From Thauera sp. (lineage in GTDB: Bacteria > Pseudomonadota > Gammaproteobacteria > Burkholderiales > Rhodocyclaceae), in NCBI GenBank assembly GCA_024710965.1, contig JANJTU010000314.1:25222-65221 (forward strand): a DNA stretch of 40,000 nt. The letters are read 5' to 3'. Under the pieces are notes generated by a model that saw only the letters and a list, made by a program, of their open reading frames with translations, ran no database searches and had not been told where the DNA came from. Below, one piece after another: positions 8,221-16,766 of this stretch; position 1 is the first letter of the stretch, and each line of letters begins with the position of its first letter. A program made the position numbers and the translations under genes.

Positions 8221-9426
8221 TCAGGCAAGCGCGCCCAGCAGCCAGCCGCCGCCCGCGCAGGCGACGACGACCAGCCACGGCGGCAGCTTCCAGAACACCA
8301 GCGCGACCAGCGCCACCAGCGCCAGGGCGAAGTCCTGCGGGCGCAGGATCGCGCTCGTCCACACCGGCTGGTAGAGCGCGGCGACGAGCAGCCCGACCAC
8401 CGCCGCATTGACCCCGGCCAGTGCCGCCTGCGTGCGCCGGTGGCGGCGCAGCTGCTCCCAGAACGGCAGCGCGCCGACGACGAGCAGGAAGGACGGCGCA
8501 AACACCGCCACCAGGCAGAGCAGGCCGCCGGCCCAGCCGGAAGGGCCGCCGTTCATCGATGCACCGAGGAAGGCGGCGAAGGTGAACAAGGGGCCGGGCA
8601 CCGCCTGCGCCGCGCCGTAGCCGGCGAGGAAGGCCTCGTTGTCGACCCAGCCGGGGGGCACGACCTCGGCCTGCAGCAGCGGCAGCACGACGTGACCGCC
8701 GCCGAACACGAGGGCGCCGGCGCGGTAGAAGGCATCCACCAGCGCCAGGCCTTGGTCCGGAACCAGCCGCGCCAGCAGCGGCAGGCCGAGCAGCAGGACG
8801 AAGAACAGCGCCAGCGACGCCATGCCGGCACGCCGCCCGACCGCCACCGGCAGCGGGTCGTGGCCATCGCCCGCGGCCGGCTTGAACAGCGCCAGGCCGG
8901 CGAGGGCGGCGACGGCGATGACGCCCACCTGGGTCCAGGCACGCGGCGCGAGCAGCACGATGCAGGCCGCGATCGCCATGATGCTGACACGCGGCGCGTC
9001 CGCGCACAGGTTGCGCGCCATGCCCCACACCGCCTGCGCCACCACCGCCACCGCCACCACCTTCAGGCCGTGCAGCGCGCCGGGCGCGAGCGCCTCGCCG
9101 GAGCCGGCGACGCCAAGCGCGAACAGGATCAGCGCGACCGCCGACGGCAGCGTGAAGCCCGCCCAGGCCGCCAGCGCCCCGGCGTAGCCGGCACGCGACA
9201 GGCCGAGCGCGAGGCCCACCTGGCTGCTCGCCGGCCCGGGCAGGAACTGGCACAGCGCCACCAGATCGGCGTAGCTGCGCTCGGACAGCCAGCGCCGGCG
9301 CGCGACGAACTCGGCGCGGAAATAGCCCAGGTGCGCGACCGGGCCGCCGAAGGAGCTCAGCCCGAGGCGCAGGAAGATGAGGAACACCGCCCACGGGCTG
9401 CGGTCTTCGCTGCGGATGTCGGTCAT
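8221..9426 (-). CDS. chrA: Chromate ion transporter (CHR family), full-length two-domain ChrA
   Basis: The in-frame ATG at 9426 lies inside the artefactual 827-aa [30 protein letters not shown]...[14 protein letters not shown], then a second half with [15 protein letters not shown]...[16 protein letters not shown]. This is the duplicated CHR-domain signature. Confidence 0.9.
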   Translation of the reverse strand: MTDIRSEDRSPWAVFLIFLRLGLSSFGGPVAHLGYFRAEFVARRRWLSERSYADLVALCQFLPGPASSQVGLALGLSRAGYAGALAAWAGFTLPSAVALILFALGVAGSGEALAPGALHGLKVVAVAVVAQAVWGMARNLCADAPRVSIMAIAACIVLLAPRAWTQVGVIAVAALAGLALFKPAAGDGHDPLPVAVGRRAGMASLALFFVLLLGLPLLARLVPDQGLALVDAFYRAGALVFGGGHVVLPLLQAEVVPPGWVDNEAFLAGYGAAQAVPGPLFTFAAFLGASMNGGPSGWAGGLLCLVAVFAPSFLLVVGALPFWEQLRRHRRTQAALAGVNAAVVGLLVAALYQPVWTSAILRPQDFALALVALVALVFWKLPPWLVVVACAGGGWLLGALA

Positions 9427-9540
9427 GCGCGTGCCTTTGTCGTCGATGGCGGAAGCGGCGCATGATAATCGACCAAGCTCTGCGGGCACGCCCGCACCGC
9501 CCGGCCCCGATGGGCCGCGACCACAAGGATCGCCCAACGC

Positions 9541-10827
9541 ATGGACCGCCCCACCTCTCGCCCCACCTCCGTACTTCGCCCCGCCTCCGCCTCTCGCCCC
9601 GCCTCCCGCGCCGTCCCTGGCCGCCTCCGCCCCGCCGTCCTGCGCCGCGGCCTCGTCGCCCTGCTCGCCTGCCTGCCCCTGTTCGCCTTCGGCGCCGCGC
9701 CGCAGTGGCAGGGCGCGGCCTTCGAGGGCGACCGCGCCGCGCTGGCGAAGCTGGCGCGGGCCGGCGCCAGCGTGATCCGCGTCTATCGCGAGCCCGACGC
9801 CTGGGTGCTGGACGAAGCGGCGCGGCTCGGGCTGAAAGTCGTCATGGGCCTGTGGATGGCGCATCCGCGCCACGGCTTCCGCCTCGACGACGCCGCGGCC
9901 GTGCGCGCGCAGGAAGACGCGCTGCTCGCCTTCGTCGCCCGCCACCGCGACCACCCGGCGCTGCTCGCCTGGGGGGTGGGCAACGAGGTCGAGACCGGCG
10001 TCGCCGACCCGCTGCCGGTGTGGCGCGCGGTGAACCGGCTCGCCGCCCGCGTCAAAGCCGCCGACCCGACGCGGCCGACGCTGATGGTGGTGGCCGACAC
10101 CGGCATGGACGCGCTGAAGCAACTCGCCGGCTGCTGCCCGGACGTGGACATGCTCGGCATCAACGTCTATGCCGGCGCCGTGTTCGACCTGCCGCAGCGC
10201 CTGCGCACGGCCGGCATCGCCAAGCCGGTGGTGATCACCGAGCTCGGCCCGCTCGGCCAGTGGCAGGCCGGGCGCAAGCCGTGGGGCGCGCCGGTGGAGC
10301 CGACCAGCAGCGAGAAGGCCGCCTTCTTCCGCGACGCCCTCGCCTTCCTGCGCACGCAGCCGCAGATCGCCGGCGTGTTCCCCTTCCTGTGGGGGGCGAA
10401 GCAGGAGCAGACCGAGACCTGGCACGGCCTGCTGCTCGCCGACGGCAGCGAGACGGCGATGACCGACGCCCTGGCGGCGGCCTGGGGCCGCCCGGTGGCC
10501 GAGCCGGCGCCGGTGATCCGCGGCATCGGCATCGCCGCCGACGAGTTCGCCCCCGGCCAGACGATCGGCGCCGGCGTCGATGCCGCCGCCTTCGACGGCT
10601 CGGCGCTGACCACCGAATGGAAGGTGCTCGCCGAGGCCACCGATCTGCGCAAGGGCGGCGACACCGAAGCCGCACCCGCGCGCATCGCAGTCGCGATCGA
10701 GCACGCCGACGCCGCCAGCGTGCGCTTCGTCGCCCCGGCCCAGGCCGGCGCCTACCGCCTGTTCATCACCGTGCGCGACCGCAAGGGCAAGGCCGCCACC
10801 GCCAATCTGCCCTTCCGCGTGCGCTGA
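9541..10827 (+). CDS. Secreted glycoside-hydrolase-like protein (clan GH-A TIM-barrel type) with a C-terminal beta-sandwich-like region
   Basis: Signal-like stretch [28 protein letters not shown] (acid/base NE motif) and VVITELGP (candidate nucleophile Glu) are typical of clan GH-A. The first ~30 codons lie in a C-rich low-complexity tract, so the true start is uncertain. Confidence 0.65.
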   Translation: MDRPTSRPTSVLRPASASRPASRAVPGRLRPAVLRRGLVALLACLPLFAFGAAPQWQGAAFEGDRAALAKLARAGASVIRVYREPDAWVLDEAARLGLKVVMGLWMAHPRHGFRLDDAAAVRAQEDALLAFVARHRDHPALLAWGVGNEVETGVADPLPVWRAVNRLAARVKAADPTRPTLMVVADTGMDALKQLAGCCPDVDMLGINVYAGAVFDLPQRLRTAGIAKPVVITELGPLGQWQAGRKPWGAPVEPTSSEKAAFFRDALAFLRTQPQIAGVFPFLWGAKQEQTETWHGLLLADGSETAMTDALAAAWGRPVAEPAPVIRGIGIAADEFAPGQTIGAGVDAAAFDGSALTTEWKVLAEATDLRKGGDTEAAPARIAVAIEHADAASVRFVAPAQAGAYRLFITVRDRKGKAATANLPFRVR

Positions 10828-10844
10828 GCGCGGTCGGCGCGCTC
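10826..10844. terminator. Hairpin spanning both stop codons of convergent genes
   Basis: GAGCGCG (10826-10832), loop GTCGG, CGCGCTC (10838-10844). This is a perfect 7-bp stem. It overlaps the TGA of the hydrolase-like gene and the TGA of the FRG gene. No U-tract. Confidence 0.35.
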
Positions 10845-11658
10845 ACGCGCTGCCGCTGCCCTGGCCGCCGTCCGCGGCGCGCGCCCGGTACTGGCGCGCG
10901 AGCCAGCGGCTGAGGCCGTCGAGGCCGGGAAAGAGCACGCGCTCGGTGACGTTGCACTGGTCGAGCTTGTCGCGGACTTCCCACTTCAGGGCGGCCGGGA
11001 TGACGATCTTGCGGCACAGCGCGGGGTGGTGCTCGATCCAGTCGTCGATGCGCGCGGTGGGCGCGGACATCACCGAGAACAGCGCGAACTGGTTGGCGAT
11101 GCGGTCGTCGATCGAGGGCGGCTCGAAAAAGAGCAGGAAGGGCTCCGCCGACATCGCCTCGAAGCCGTCGAGCGTGGTCACGGTGCGCTCGAGGAGCTCG
11201 GTCGTGAAGGCGTTCGCGCCTTCGCTGTCGAGCGCGTCGCGCACCCCGGCGGGCAGCAGCCGGTGCGCGCGCTCGTAGTTCACCGCCCAGATCGCGCCGT
11301 CGCGCGCCATCGCCTCGGCGCTGGCGGTGGCGAAATGCATCGCCACCAGCGGCGAGTGCGTCCAGTCCAGCAGCCGCGTCGGCAGGCCGTGGTGCTGCGC
11401 CACCGACAGCCAGTGCCAGAGCGAGTCGCGCTCGACGACGTCGCGGTGGGCGTACTTGGCGAAGTTGCGGATCAGATGGCGCTCGAGCCGCGCGCTGTCG
11501 CCGCCGAGGCGGGCGAGGCTGGTGGCGAGGCCGTGGCCGGCATCGTCCAGGCCGCGGAAGGCGCAGGGCGAGCGGTAGCGCAGGATGCGCTCGTTCCAGG
11601 CGCCCTCGAACAGCAGCGCCTGCAGCTGGCTCCAGGATTCCGCCACACAGACTTCCAT
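10843..11658 (-). CDS. FRG-domain protein
   Basis: The ATG at 11658 lies inside the artefactual 961-aa ORF. YRSPCAFRGLDD...QHHGLPTRLLDWTHSPLVAMHFA...ANQFALFSV matches what I recall of the FRG domain (FRG motif, HYGLPTRLLDWT block). An in-frame TTG at 11754 would add a Gly/Ala-repeat N-terminus (see findings). Confidence 0.8.
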   Translation of the reverse strand: MEVCVAESWSQLQALLFEGAWNERILRYRSPCAFRGLDDAGHGLATSLARLGGDSARLERHLIRNFAKYAHRDVVERDSLWHWLSVAQHHGLPTRLLDWTHSPLVAMHFATASAEAMARDGAIWAVNYERAHRLLPAGVRDALDSEGANAFTTELLERTVTTLDGFEAMSAEPFLLFFEPPSIDDRIANQFALFSVMSAPTARIDDWIEHHPALCRKIVIPAALKWEVRDKLDQCNVTERVLFPGLDGLSRWLARQYRARAADGGQGSGSA

Positions 11659-11685
11659 GCATTCCCCCTGGCTCACCGGCCCCTC

Positions 11686-11730
11686 GCCTGCCGCACCCTG
11701 GCCTGCCGCACCCTGGCCTGCCGCGCCCCC
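11686..11730. repeat. 15-bp tandem repeat GCCTGCCGCACCCTG (2 perfect copies plus 1 degenerate)
   Basis: Copies at 11686-11700 and 11701-11715 are identical. 11716-11730 (GCCTGCCGCGCCCCC) matches 12/15. The repeat lies between the reductase stop (11751) and the FRG ATG (11658). Confidence 0.85.
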
Positions 11731-11750
11731 GTCCGCCGCGCCCCACCCGC

Positions 11751-12722
11751 TCAAAGGTCGAGCACCAGGCGCGCGCCGCGGCAGCCCGACACGCACACCA
11801 TCATGCTCTTGTTCGCCGCGCGCTCGGCCTTGCTCAGCACCGAGTCGCGGTGCTCGGCCTCGCCCTCGAGGATGCGCGTCTCGCACGAGCCGCACACCCC
11901 CTCCTGGCAGTTGAACGGCACGTCGATGTGGTTCGCCTGCAGCACGCCGAGCAGCGATTCGCCCGCGCCCACCTGCAGCCTGCGCTGGCTGCGCTGCAGC
12001 ACGAGCTCGTAGGCGCCGCTGGCCGCGGCGGCCGGCTGGTCGGTGCGCGCGGCGAAGCGCTCGACATGGACGTTGGGGTAGCCGAGCGCCTCGCACACGG
12101 CCTCGAAGCGGTCGATCATCGGCGTCGGCCCGCAGCAGTAGAAGTGCGCCTTGGCGTCGAACTGCTGCAGGTAGGCCTGGAGCTCGGGCGGCCCGCCCGC
12201 TTCTTCGTCGACATGCCAGTCGACGCTGCCGCCGAGGCGGCCGATATCGCGCGCGAACGCGGCCTGGCGGCGCGAGCGCACGCTGTAGAGCAGGCGCACC
12301 GGGCGGCCGAGCTCGAGCAGGCGCGCGTACATGCTGTAGATCGGCGTGATGCCGATGCCGCCGGCGAGCAGCACGGTGTCGCCGGCCGTCTCGTCGAGGA
12401 CGAAGTGGTTGCGCGGGCGCGACACGGGCAGCAGCTGGCCGACGCGCAGCTGCTCGTGGATGTAGCGCGAGCCGCCGCGGCTGGCACGGTCGAGCAGGAC
12501 GCCGACGACGTAGGCGCGCGGCGAGGAGCGCGGCACCACCAGCGAGTAGCTGCGCGCGATGCCGTTGGGAAGGAAGAGGTCGACGTGCGCGCCCGCCGCC
12601 ACCGGCGCCAGCTCGGCGCCGTCGGGCGCGGCCAGTTCGACGCTGAGCACGCCGTCGGCCTCGTAGCGCATCGCCTCGACGCGCATCGTCATGGTGTCGT
12701 CTGTAGTCATTTCGGTTTCCAT
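11751..12722 (-). CDS. PDR/VanB-type oxygenase reductase (flavin/NAD-binding domains plus C-terminal plant-type 2Fe-2S ferredoxin)
   Basis: RSYSL (flavin-binding RxYS), LLAGGIGITP (NAD-binding GGxGxxP) and the C-terminal CQEGVCGSCETRIL...MVCVS cysteine cluster. Start uncertain: GTG 12743, ATG 12722, 12710 or 12692. Confidence 0.85.
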   Translation of the reverse strand: METEMTTDDTMTMRVEAMRYEADGVLSVELAAPDGAELAPVAAGAHVDLFLPNGIARSYSLVVPRSSPRAYVVGVLLDRASRGGSRYIHEQLRVGQLLPVSRPRNHFVLDETAGDTVLLAGGIGITPIYSMYARLLELGRPVRLLYSVRSRRQAAFARDIGRLGGSVDWHVDEEAGGPPELQAYLQQFDAKAHFYCCGPTPMIDRFEAVCEALGYPNVHVERFAARTDQPAAAASGAYELVLQRSQRRLQVGAGESLLGVLQANHIDVPFNCQEGVCGSCETRILEGEAEHRDSVLSKAERAANKSMMVCVSGCRGARLVLDL

Positions 12723-12821
12723 CGCTGCGGCCCCGTCCGCCACGCGGACGGCGCCGTGAATCCGTGAGCCCCGGCCGCGGCCGGCGGCGCGAGGCGGACA
12801 GTGCCCCGCGCCGCGCGCCGC

Positions 12822-13865
12822 TCAGCGGGCTGCGTGGGCGGTGTCGAGCTGCGCGGCCTCGAGTTGCGCGGCCGCGATGCCGCGCAGGTAGCGCCGCTGG
12901 CGCACCAGACCCATGTCGTGCTGGTAGAGGAACTCGCGCTGGCAGGCGTCGGGCTCCATCAGCTCGAGCGTCCTGCGGTCCTGCTCGACCACCTCCCAGT
13001 GCCGCGCCTCGAGGCGGTTCTTGTACAGGAAGCGCCACACGTCGCGCTGCCAGCCGCCCACCTTGCGGCAGCGCCAGAAGACGACGCCGCAGGTCTCGCG
13101 CGTGATCGGCACGTACATGCCGATGATGGTGAAGTTGCCGCCGGGGCCGCCGGTCTTCGGGTAGGGGATCTCCAGGCGGTGGTACATCAGCTTGCCGTCG
13201 TCGTAGAGCTCGGTCCAGTCGAAGTTCACGTTGCGCTGGCCCTTCTTCTCGAAGAAGAAGCCGTGGTCGGTGTCGCGGATGACGAAGTCGGCCGAGATGT
13301 CGCCCTCGGCCATCGAGTGCGACTGCTTGTGCAGGTACACGCCGTGCATCGGGTCCATGACGTTGTCGGCGACGTAGCGGTAGTCGCTCTGCCACTCCAT
13401 GTAGGAGTGGAAGTGGCTCCACTCGGGCGAGGCGAGGTATTCGGGCAGCGCCAGCGCCGGCGGCGCGTCGACGGGCGTGGCCGCGTTGTAGAGGAAGATC
13501 ATGCCGGCGGCGTCCTGCACGTGGAAGGCGCGCGTCGTGCGCGAGCCTTCGAGCTTGCACCCCGGGCTGCCGGGCACGCGCGTGACGCGGCCGTCGCAGC
13601 GCACCTCGACGCCGTGGTAGGCGCAGGCGATGCGGTCGCCGAGCACGACGCCCACCGACAGCGGCGCGCCGCGGTGCGGGCAGTGGTCCTCGAGGCAGTG
13701 GATCTGGCCGCTCGCCGGATCGCGCCACAGCGCGAGCTTGAGGCCGAGGCGGCGCAGGCTGATCGCGCGGTCGGTGACGAAGCTCGAGGGGCAGATCGCG
13801 TACCAGCGGTCCTTCAGGCCGTCGGCGAGGTAGTCGTCGATGGGGTCGATGTCCTTGGTGTTCAT
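12822..13865 (-). CDS. Rieske 2Fe-2S aromatic-ring oxygenase, alpha subunit only (VanA/phthalate-family type)
   Basis: The ATG at 13865 with GGAGA upstream lies inside the artefactual 726-aa ORF. Rieske motif CLEDHCPHRGAPL...ACAYHG. Non-heme-iron region DNVMDPMHGVYLH. Confidence 0.9.
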   Translation of the reverse strand: MNTKDIDPIDDYLADGLKDRWYAICPSSFVTDRAISLRRLGLKLALWRDPASGQIHCLEDHCPHRGAPLSVGVVLGDRIACAYHGVEVRCDGRVTRVPGSPGCKLEGSRTTRAFHVQDAAGMIFLYNAATPVDAPPALALPEYLASPEWSHFHSYMEWQSDYRYVADNVMDPMHGVYLHKQSHSMAEGDISADFVIRDTDHGFFFEKKGQRNVNFDWTELYDDGKLMYHRLEIPYPKTGGPGGNFTIIGMYVPITRETCGVVFWRCRKVGGWQRDVWRFLYKNRLEARHWEVVEQDRRTLELMEPDACQREFLYQHDMGLVRQRRYLRGIAAAQLEAAQLDTAHAAR

Positions 13866-13915
13866 GCTGCTGTCTCCAGATGCTCGTTGTGTCGCTTGTC
13901 GTGGTCTGGTCGCGC

Positions 13916-14146
13916 TCAGGCGCCCAGGCGCGCCATCTCGGCGCAGAACAGCTCGGGCGTCCACGGCGCGCCGTTCGGCGCGCTCGGGCCGGACTGGTTC
14001 AGGTAGGCGACCAGGGGCGCCAGCTCGTGGATGCCCTGCGCGTAGGCGCGCTCGATCGCGTCGCCGAGCAGGTCCTCGAACGGGGTTGGCGCCGCGACGC
14101 GGGCCTGGTGCGGCTCGAGGTAAAGGGGCCGGTTGGTGGTGCTCAT
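13916..14146 (-). CDS. Small hypothetical protein (76 aa) wedged between the dioxygenase and the Rieske oxygenase
   Basis: Strong AGGAGA Shine-Dalgarno upstream of the ATG at 14146. The composition is protein-like (MSTTNRPLYLEPHQARVAAPTPFEDLLGDAIERAYAQGIHELAPLVAYLN...). From memory it resembles small proteins sometimes annotated as recombinase-like HTH domain proteins next to Rieske oxygenases. This is unverified. Confidence 0.6.
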   Translation of the reverse strand: MSTTNRPLYLEPHQARVAAPTPFEDLLGDAIERAYAQGIHELAPLVAYLNQSGPSAPNGAPWTPELFCAEMARLGA

Positions 14147-14218
14147 GTCTGACTGTCTCCTCTTGAAGGCTTCGCAGCGCCGTTGGTCGCTGCGCTCGAA
14201 TGAAATCCGGCTGCGGCG

Positions 14219-15217
14219 TCAGCGCGCGGCGCTGCGCTCGCCGGGCTTGTCGCGCTCGCCGCTGCGGTCGCTGAGAAAGCCGCTGCGCGGGGCGTCGGCG
14301 CCGTGCGGCCGGCGGCTGACGCCGTCGATGCCGCCCTCCACCGCCCACTCGGCGAACACGGTTGGGCCGGGCTCGAACTCGCGCGGCACCCACTCGCCGG
14401 TGAGCTCGTCCTCGTCGGCGTAGTACTCGGCCAGCCCCCCGGCGGGGTTGTCGAAATACCAGAAGTAGGCCGAGGACACCGGGTGACGGCCCGGCCCGAG
14501 CTGGGTGCGCCAGCCGCAGCGGTCCATCGCCATGCCGCCGCCGATCACCTCGTGGATGTCGCGCACGGTGAAGGCGACGTGGTTGAGGCCGTTCTTGCCG
14601 CTCGGCAGCTGCAGCAGGAAGAGGTCGTGGTGGCCGCCGTGCGGCGCGCAGCGCAGGAAGCTGCCGCGGCCCGGGTACTGGTCGGAGAGCGCGAAGCCGA
14701 GCTTCTCGGTGTAGAAGCGCACCGCCTCCTCGCGCCGCGCGGCGAAGAAGACGACGTGACCGACCTCGATCGGCACCGCGCGCTCGTAGATCGGCGCCGG
14801 CCGGTTCACGCGCGGGCGCCGGTTCCAGGTGTTGAACTCGGCGCCCTCGACCGCGACCGCGCGCTTGCGGCTGACCTGCAGCCCGAGCGCGATGCCGTTG
14901 GGGTCGATGCAGCGCAGCCGGCCGTCGGCCACCGCATAGCCGGGCGCATCGCGCAGGCCTTCGGCGTAGCTCGCCAGGTCCGCTTCGCTGTCGACGCCCC
15001 ACACCACCTCGACCAGGGTCGGGCCGTCCTCGATGCCGGCCGGCAGGCCGGGGCGCGACGGGTGCGCGACGCGCACGACGCAGTCGTTCAGGGTGTGGAA
15101 CACGAGTTCGTCGGCGCGCTCGGCGACGAGGCGCAGGCCCCAGTCGGTGAAGAACTTCCTGCAGCGCGCGAGATCCGCGGCGCGATAGGTGATCTCGTCG
15201 ATGCCCAGTACCGCCAT
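14219..15217 (-). CDS. Two-domain VOC (glyoxalase/extradiol ring-cleavage dioxygenase) family protein
   Basis: ATG at 15217 with AGGAGA upstream. Two VOC-like halves: LGIDEITYRAADLARCRKFFTDWGL and IEVGHVVFFAARREEAVRFYTEKLGFALSD...HHDLFL...LNHVAFTV. Confidence 0.8.
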   Translation of the reverse strand: MAVLGIDEITYRAADLARCRKFFTDWGLRLVAERADELVFHTLNDCVVRVAHPSRPGLPAGIEDGPTLVEVVWGVDSEADLASYAEGLRDAPGYAVADGRLRCIDPNGIALGLQVSRKRAVAVEGAEFNTWNRRPRVNRPAPIYERAVPIEVGHVVFFAARREEAVRFYTEKLGFALSDQYPGRGSFLRCAPHGGHHDLFLLQLPSGKNGLNHVAFTVRDIHEVIGGGMAMDRCGWRTQLGPGRHPVSSAYFWYFDNPAGGLAEYYADEDELTGEWVPREFEPGPTVFAEWAVEGGIDGVSRRPHGADAPRSGFLSDRSGERDKPGERSAAR

Positions 15218-15261
15218 GTTGCTGTCTCCTCTCACTCTGTCGGTATTGTTTCGGGGCCGCT

Positions 15262-16758
15262 TCAGGCAGCCGCCGTGCGCGGCGTGGCCCAGGCCAGGGG
15301 CGCCTCGTTGAGGCCCCAGTAGACGCCCTTCTGCTCCATGTACTGCAGGATCCCCTGCCGCCCCTTCTCGCGCCCGAGGCCGCTGTCGCGCCAGCCGCCG
15401 AAGGGCGTCGCGGCGGAGAACTGCTTGTAGGTGTTGATCCACACCGTGCCCGCCTGCACCGCGCGCGCGACGCGCCAGGCGCGCTTGTAGTCGCGCGTCC
15501 AGATGCCGGCGGCGAGCGCGTAGACGCTGTCGTTGGCCTGCGCGATCAGGTCGGCCTCGTCGTCGAAGGGCAGCGCCACCAGCACCGGGCCGAAGATCTC
15601 CTCCTGGCAGACGCGCGCGCGGTTGTCGAGGCCGTCGAGGATGGTCGGGCGGTAGTAGTAGCCGCGCGCGAAGGCCGCGCCCTGCGGCCGTTCGCCGCCG
15701 CACAGCAGGCGCCCGCCTTCCTCGCGCCCGAGCGCGACATAGCGCTCGACCGCGTCGCGGTGCTGGGCGGTGATCAGCGGCCCCATCTGGGTGCGCTCGC
15801 TGGCCGGGTCGCCGACGGCGAGCGCCTCGGCACCGGCCACCAGCCGCGCCATGAACTCGTCGTAGCGGCGGCGGGCGACGAAGAGCCGCGAGCCGGCGAT
15901 GCAGGACTCGCCCGAGGAGCTGAAAATGCCGTACAGCACGCCCTTGAGCGCGTGCTCGAGCTCGGCGTCGTCGAACACCATCGTCGGCGACTTGCCGCCG
16001 AGCTCGAGCGACACCGGCATGCACTTGTCGGCGGCGATGTGGGCGATGTGGCGGCCGGTCCGGGTGCCGCCGGTGAAGGACACGCGGCGCACGAGCGGAT
16101 GGCGGGTGATCGCGTCGCCGATCACCGAGCCCTTGCCCGGCAGCACGCTCACCAGGCCGCGCGGCACGCCGGCTTCCTCGCAGATGCGGGCGAGCTCGAG
16201 CGCGAGCAGCGGCGTCACTTCGGCGGGCTTGACCACCACCGCGTTGCCGGCGGCGAGCGCCGGCGCCATCTTCTGCGCCTCGCTCGCGATCGGCGAGTTC
16301 CACGGCGTGATCGCGGCGACCACGCCCATCGGCTCGTACACGCTGATCGACAGGTAGTCGCCGCGCGCCGGCGTGATCGCCTCCTCGAGCGTCTCGCAGG
16401 CGGCGGCGAAGAACTGGAAGGTGGCCGCGGCGCTCGCCACCAGCGCGCGCGTCTCGAGGATGGGCTTGCCGTTGTCGAGGCGCTGCTTGTGCGCGAGCGC
16501 CTCGCCGCGGGCACGGATCAGCTCGGCGACGCGGTAGAGCACGAGCGCGCGCTCGTGCGGCTTCTGTTGCGCCCAGCCGCTGGTGTCGAAGGCGCGCTGC
16601 GCGCCGGCGATCGCCTCCTCGACGTCGGCGAGGCTCGCCGCATTGAGGCGGGCGACGACTTCGCCGCTGGCCGGGTAGAGCGAGGCGTAGGGGTCGCCGC
16701 CGCCGCGGCGCCATTCGCCGGCGATGCAGATGGGCAGGATCTGGTCGGGGTCGTACAT
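15262..16758 (-). CDS. NAD(P)-dependent aldehyde dehydrogenase
   Basis: ATG at 16758 with AGGAG upstream. ITPWNSP, VSLELGGKSP (catalytic Glu motif) and FSSSGESCIAGSR (catalytic Cys), plus EEIFGPV. Confidence 0.9.
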   Translation of the reverse strand: MYDPDQILPICIAGEWRRGGGDPYASLYPASGEVVARLNAASLADVEEAIAGAQRAFDTSGWAQQKPHERALVLYRVAELIRARGEALAHKQRLDNGKPILETRALVASAAATFQFFAAACETLEEAITPARGDYLSISVYEPMGVVAAITPWNSPIASEAQKMAPALAAGNAVVVKPAEVTPLLALELARICEEAGVPRGLVSVLPGKGSVIGDAITRHPLVRRVSFTGGTRTGRHIAHIAADKCMPVSLELGGKSPTMVFDDAELEHALKGVLYGIFSSSGESCIAGSRLFVARRRYDEFMARLVAGAEALAVGDPASERTQMGPLITAQHRDAVERYVALGREEGGRLLCGGERPQGAAFARGYYYRPTILDGLDNRARVCQEEIFGPVLVALPFDDEADLIAQANDSVYALAAGIWTRDYKRAWRVARAVQAGTVWINTYKQFSAATPFGGWRDSGLGREKGRQGILQYMEQKGVYWGLNEAPLAWATPRTAAA

Positions 16759-16766
16759 GGCGGCTC

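Noticed and set aside
8060-9640. Considered chrA as a mobile cassette or transposon because of the similar flanking tracts.
   Set aside because: There is no transposase, integrase, inverted terminal repeat or target-site duplication visible. The shared words are in the same orientation but in swapped order within low-complexity C-rich DNA. It is kept only as a low-confidence observation.
7760-10704. 588-aa (7760-9526) and 827-aa (8221-10704) minus-strand ORFs suggesting giant proteins.
   Set aside because: Only the C-terminal parts (vapB from 8014, chrA from 9426) look like proteins. The upstream extensions are Arg/Gly/Ala-rich shadow sequence that overlaps the plus-strand hydrolase-like gene and the C-rich tracts.
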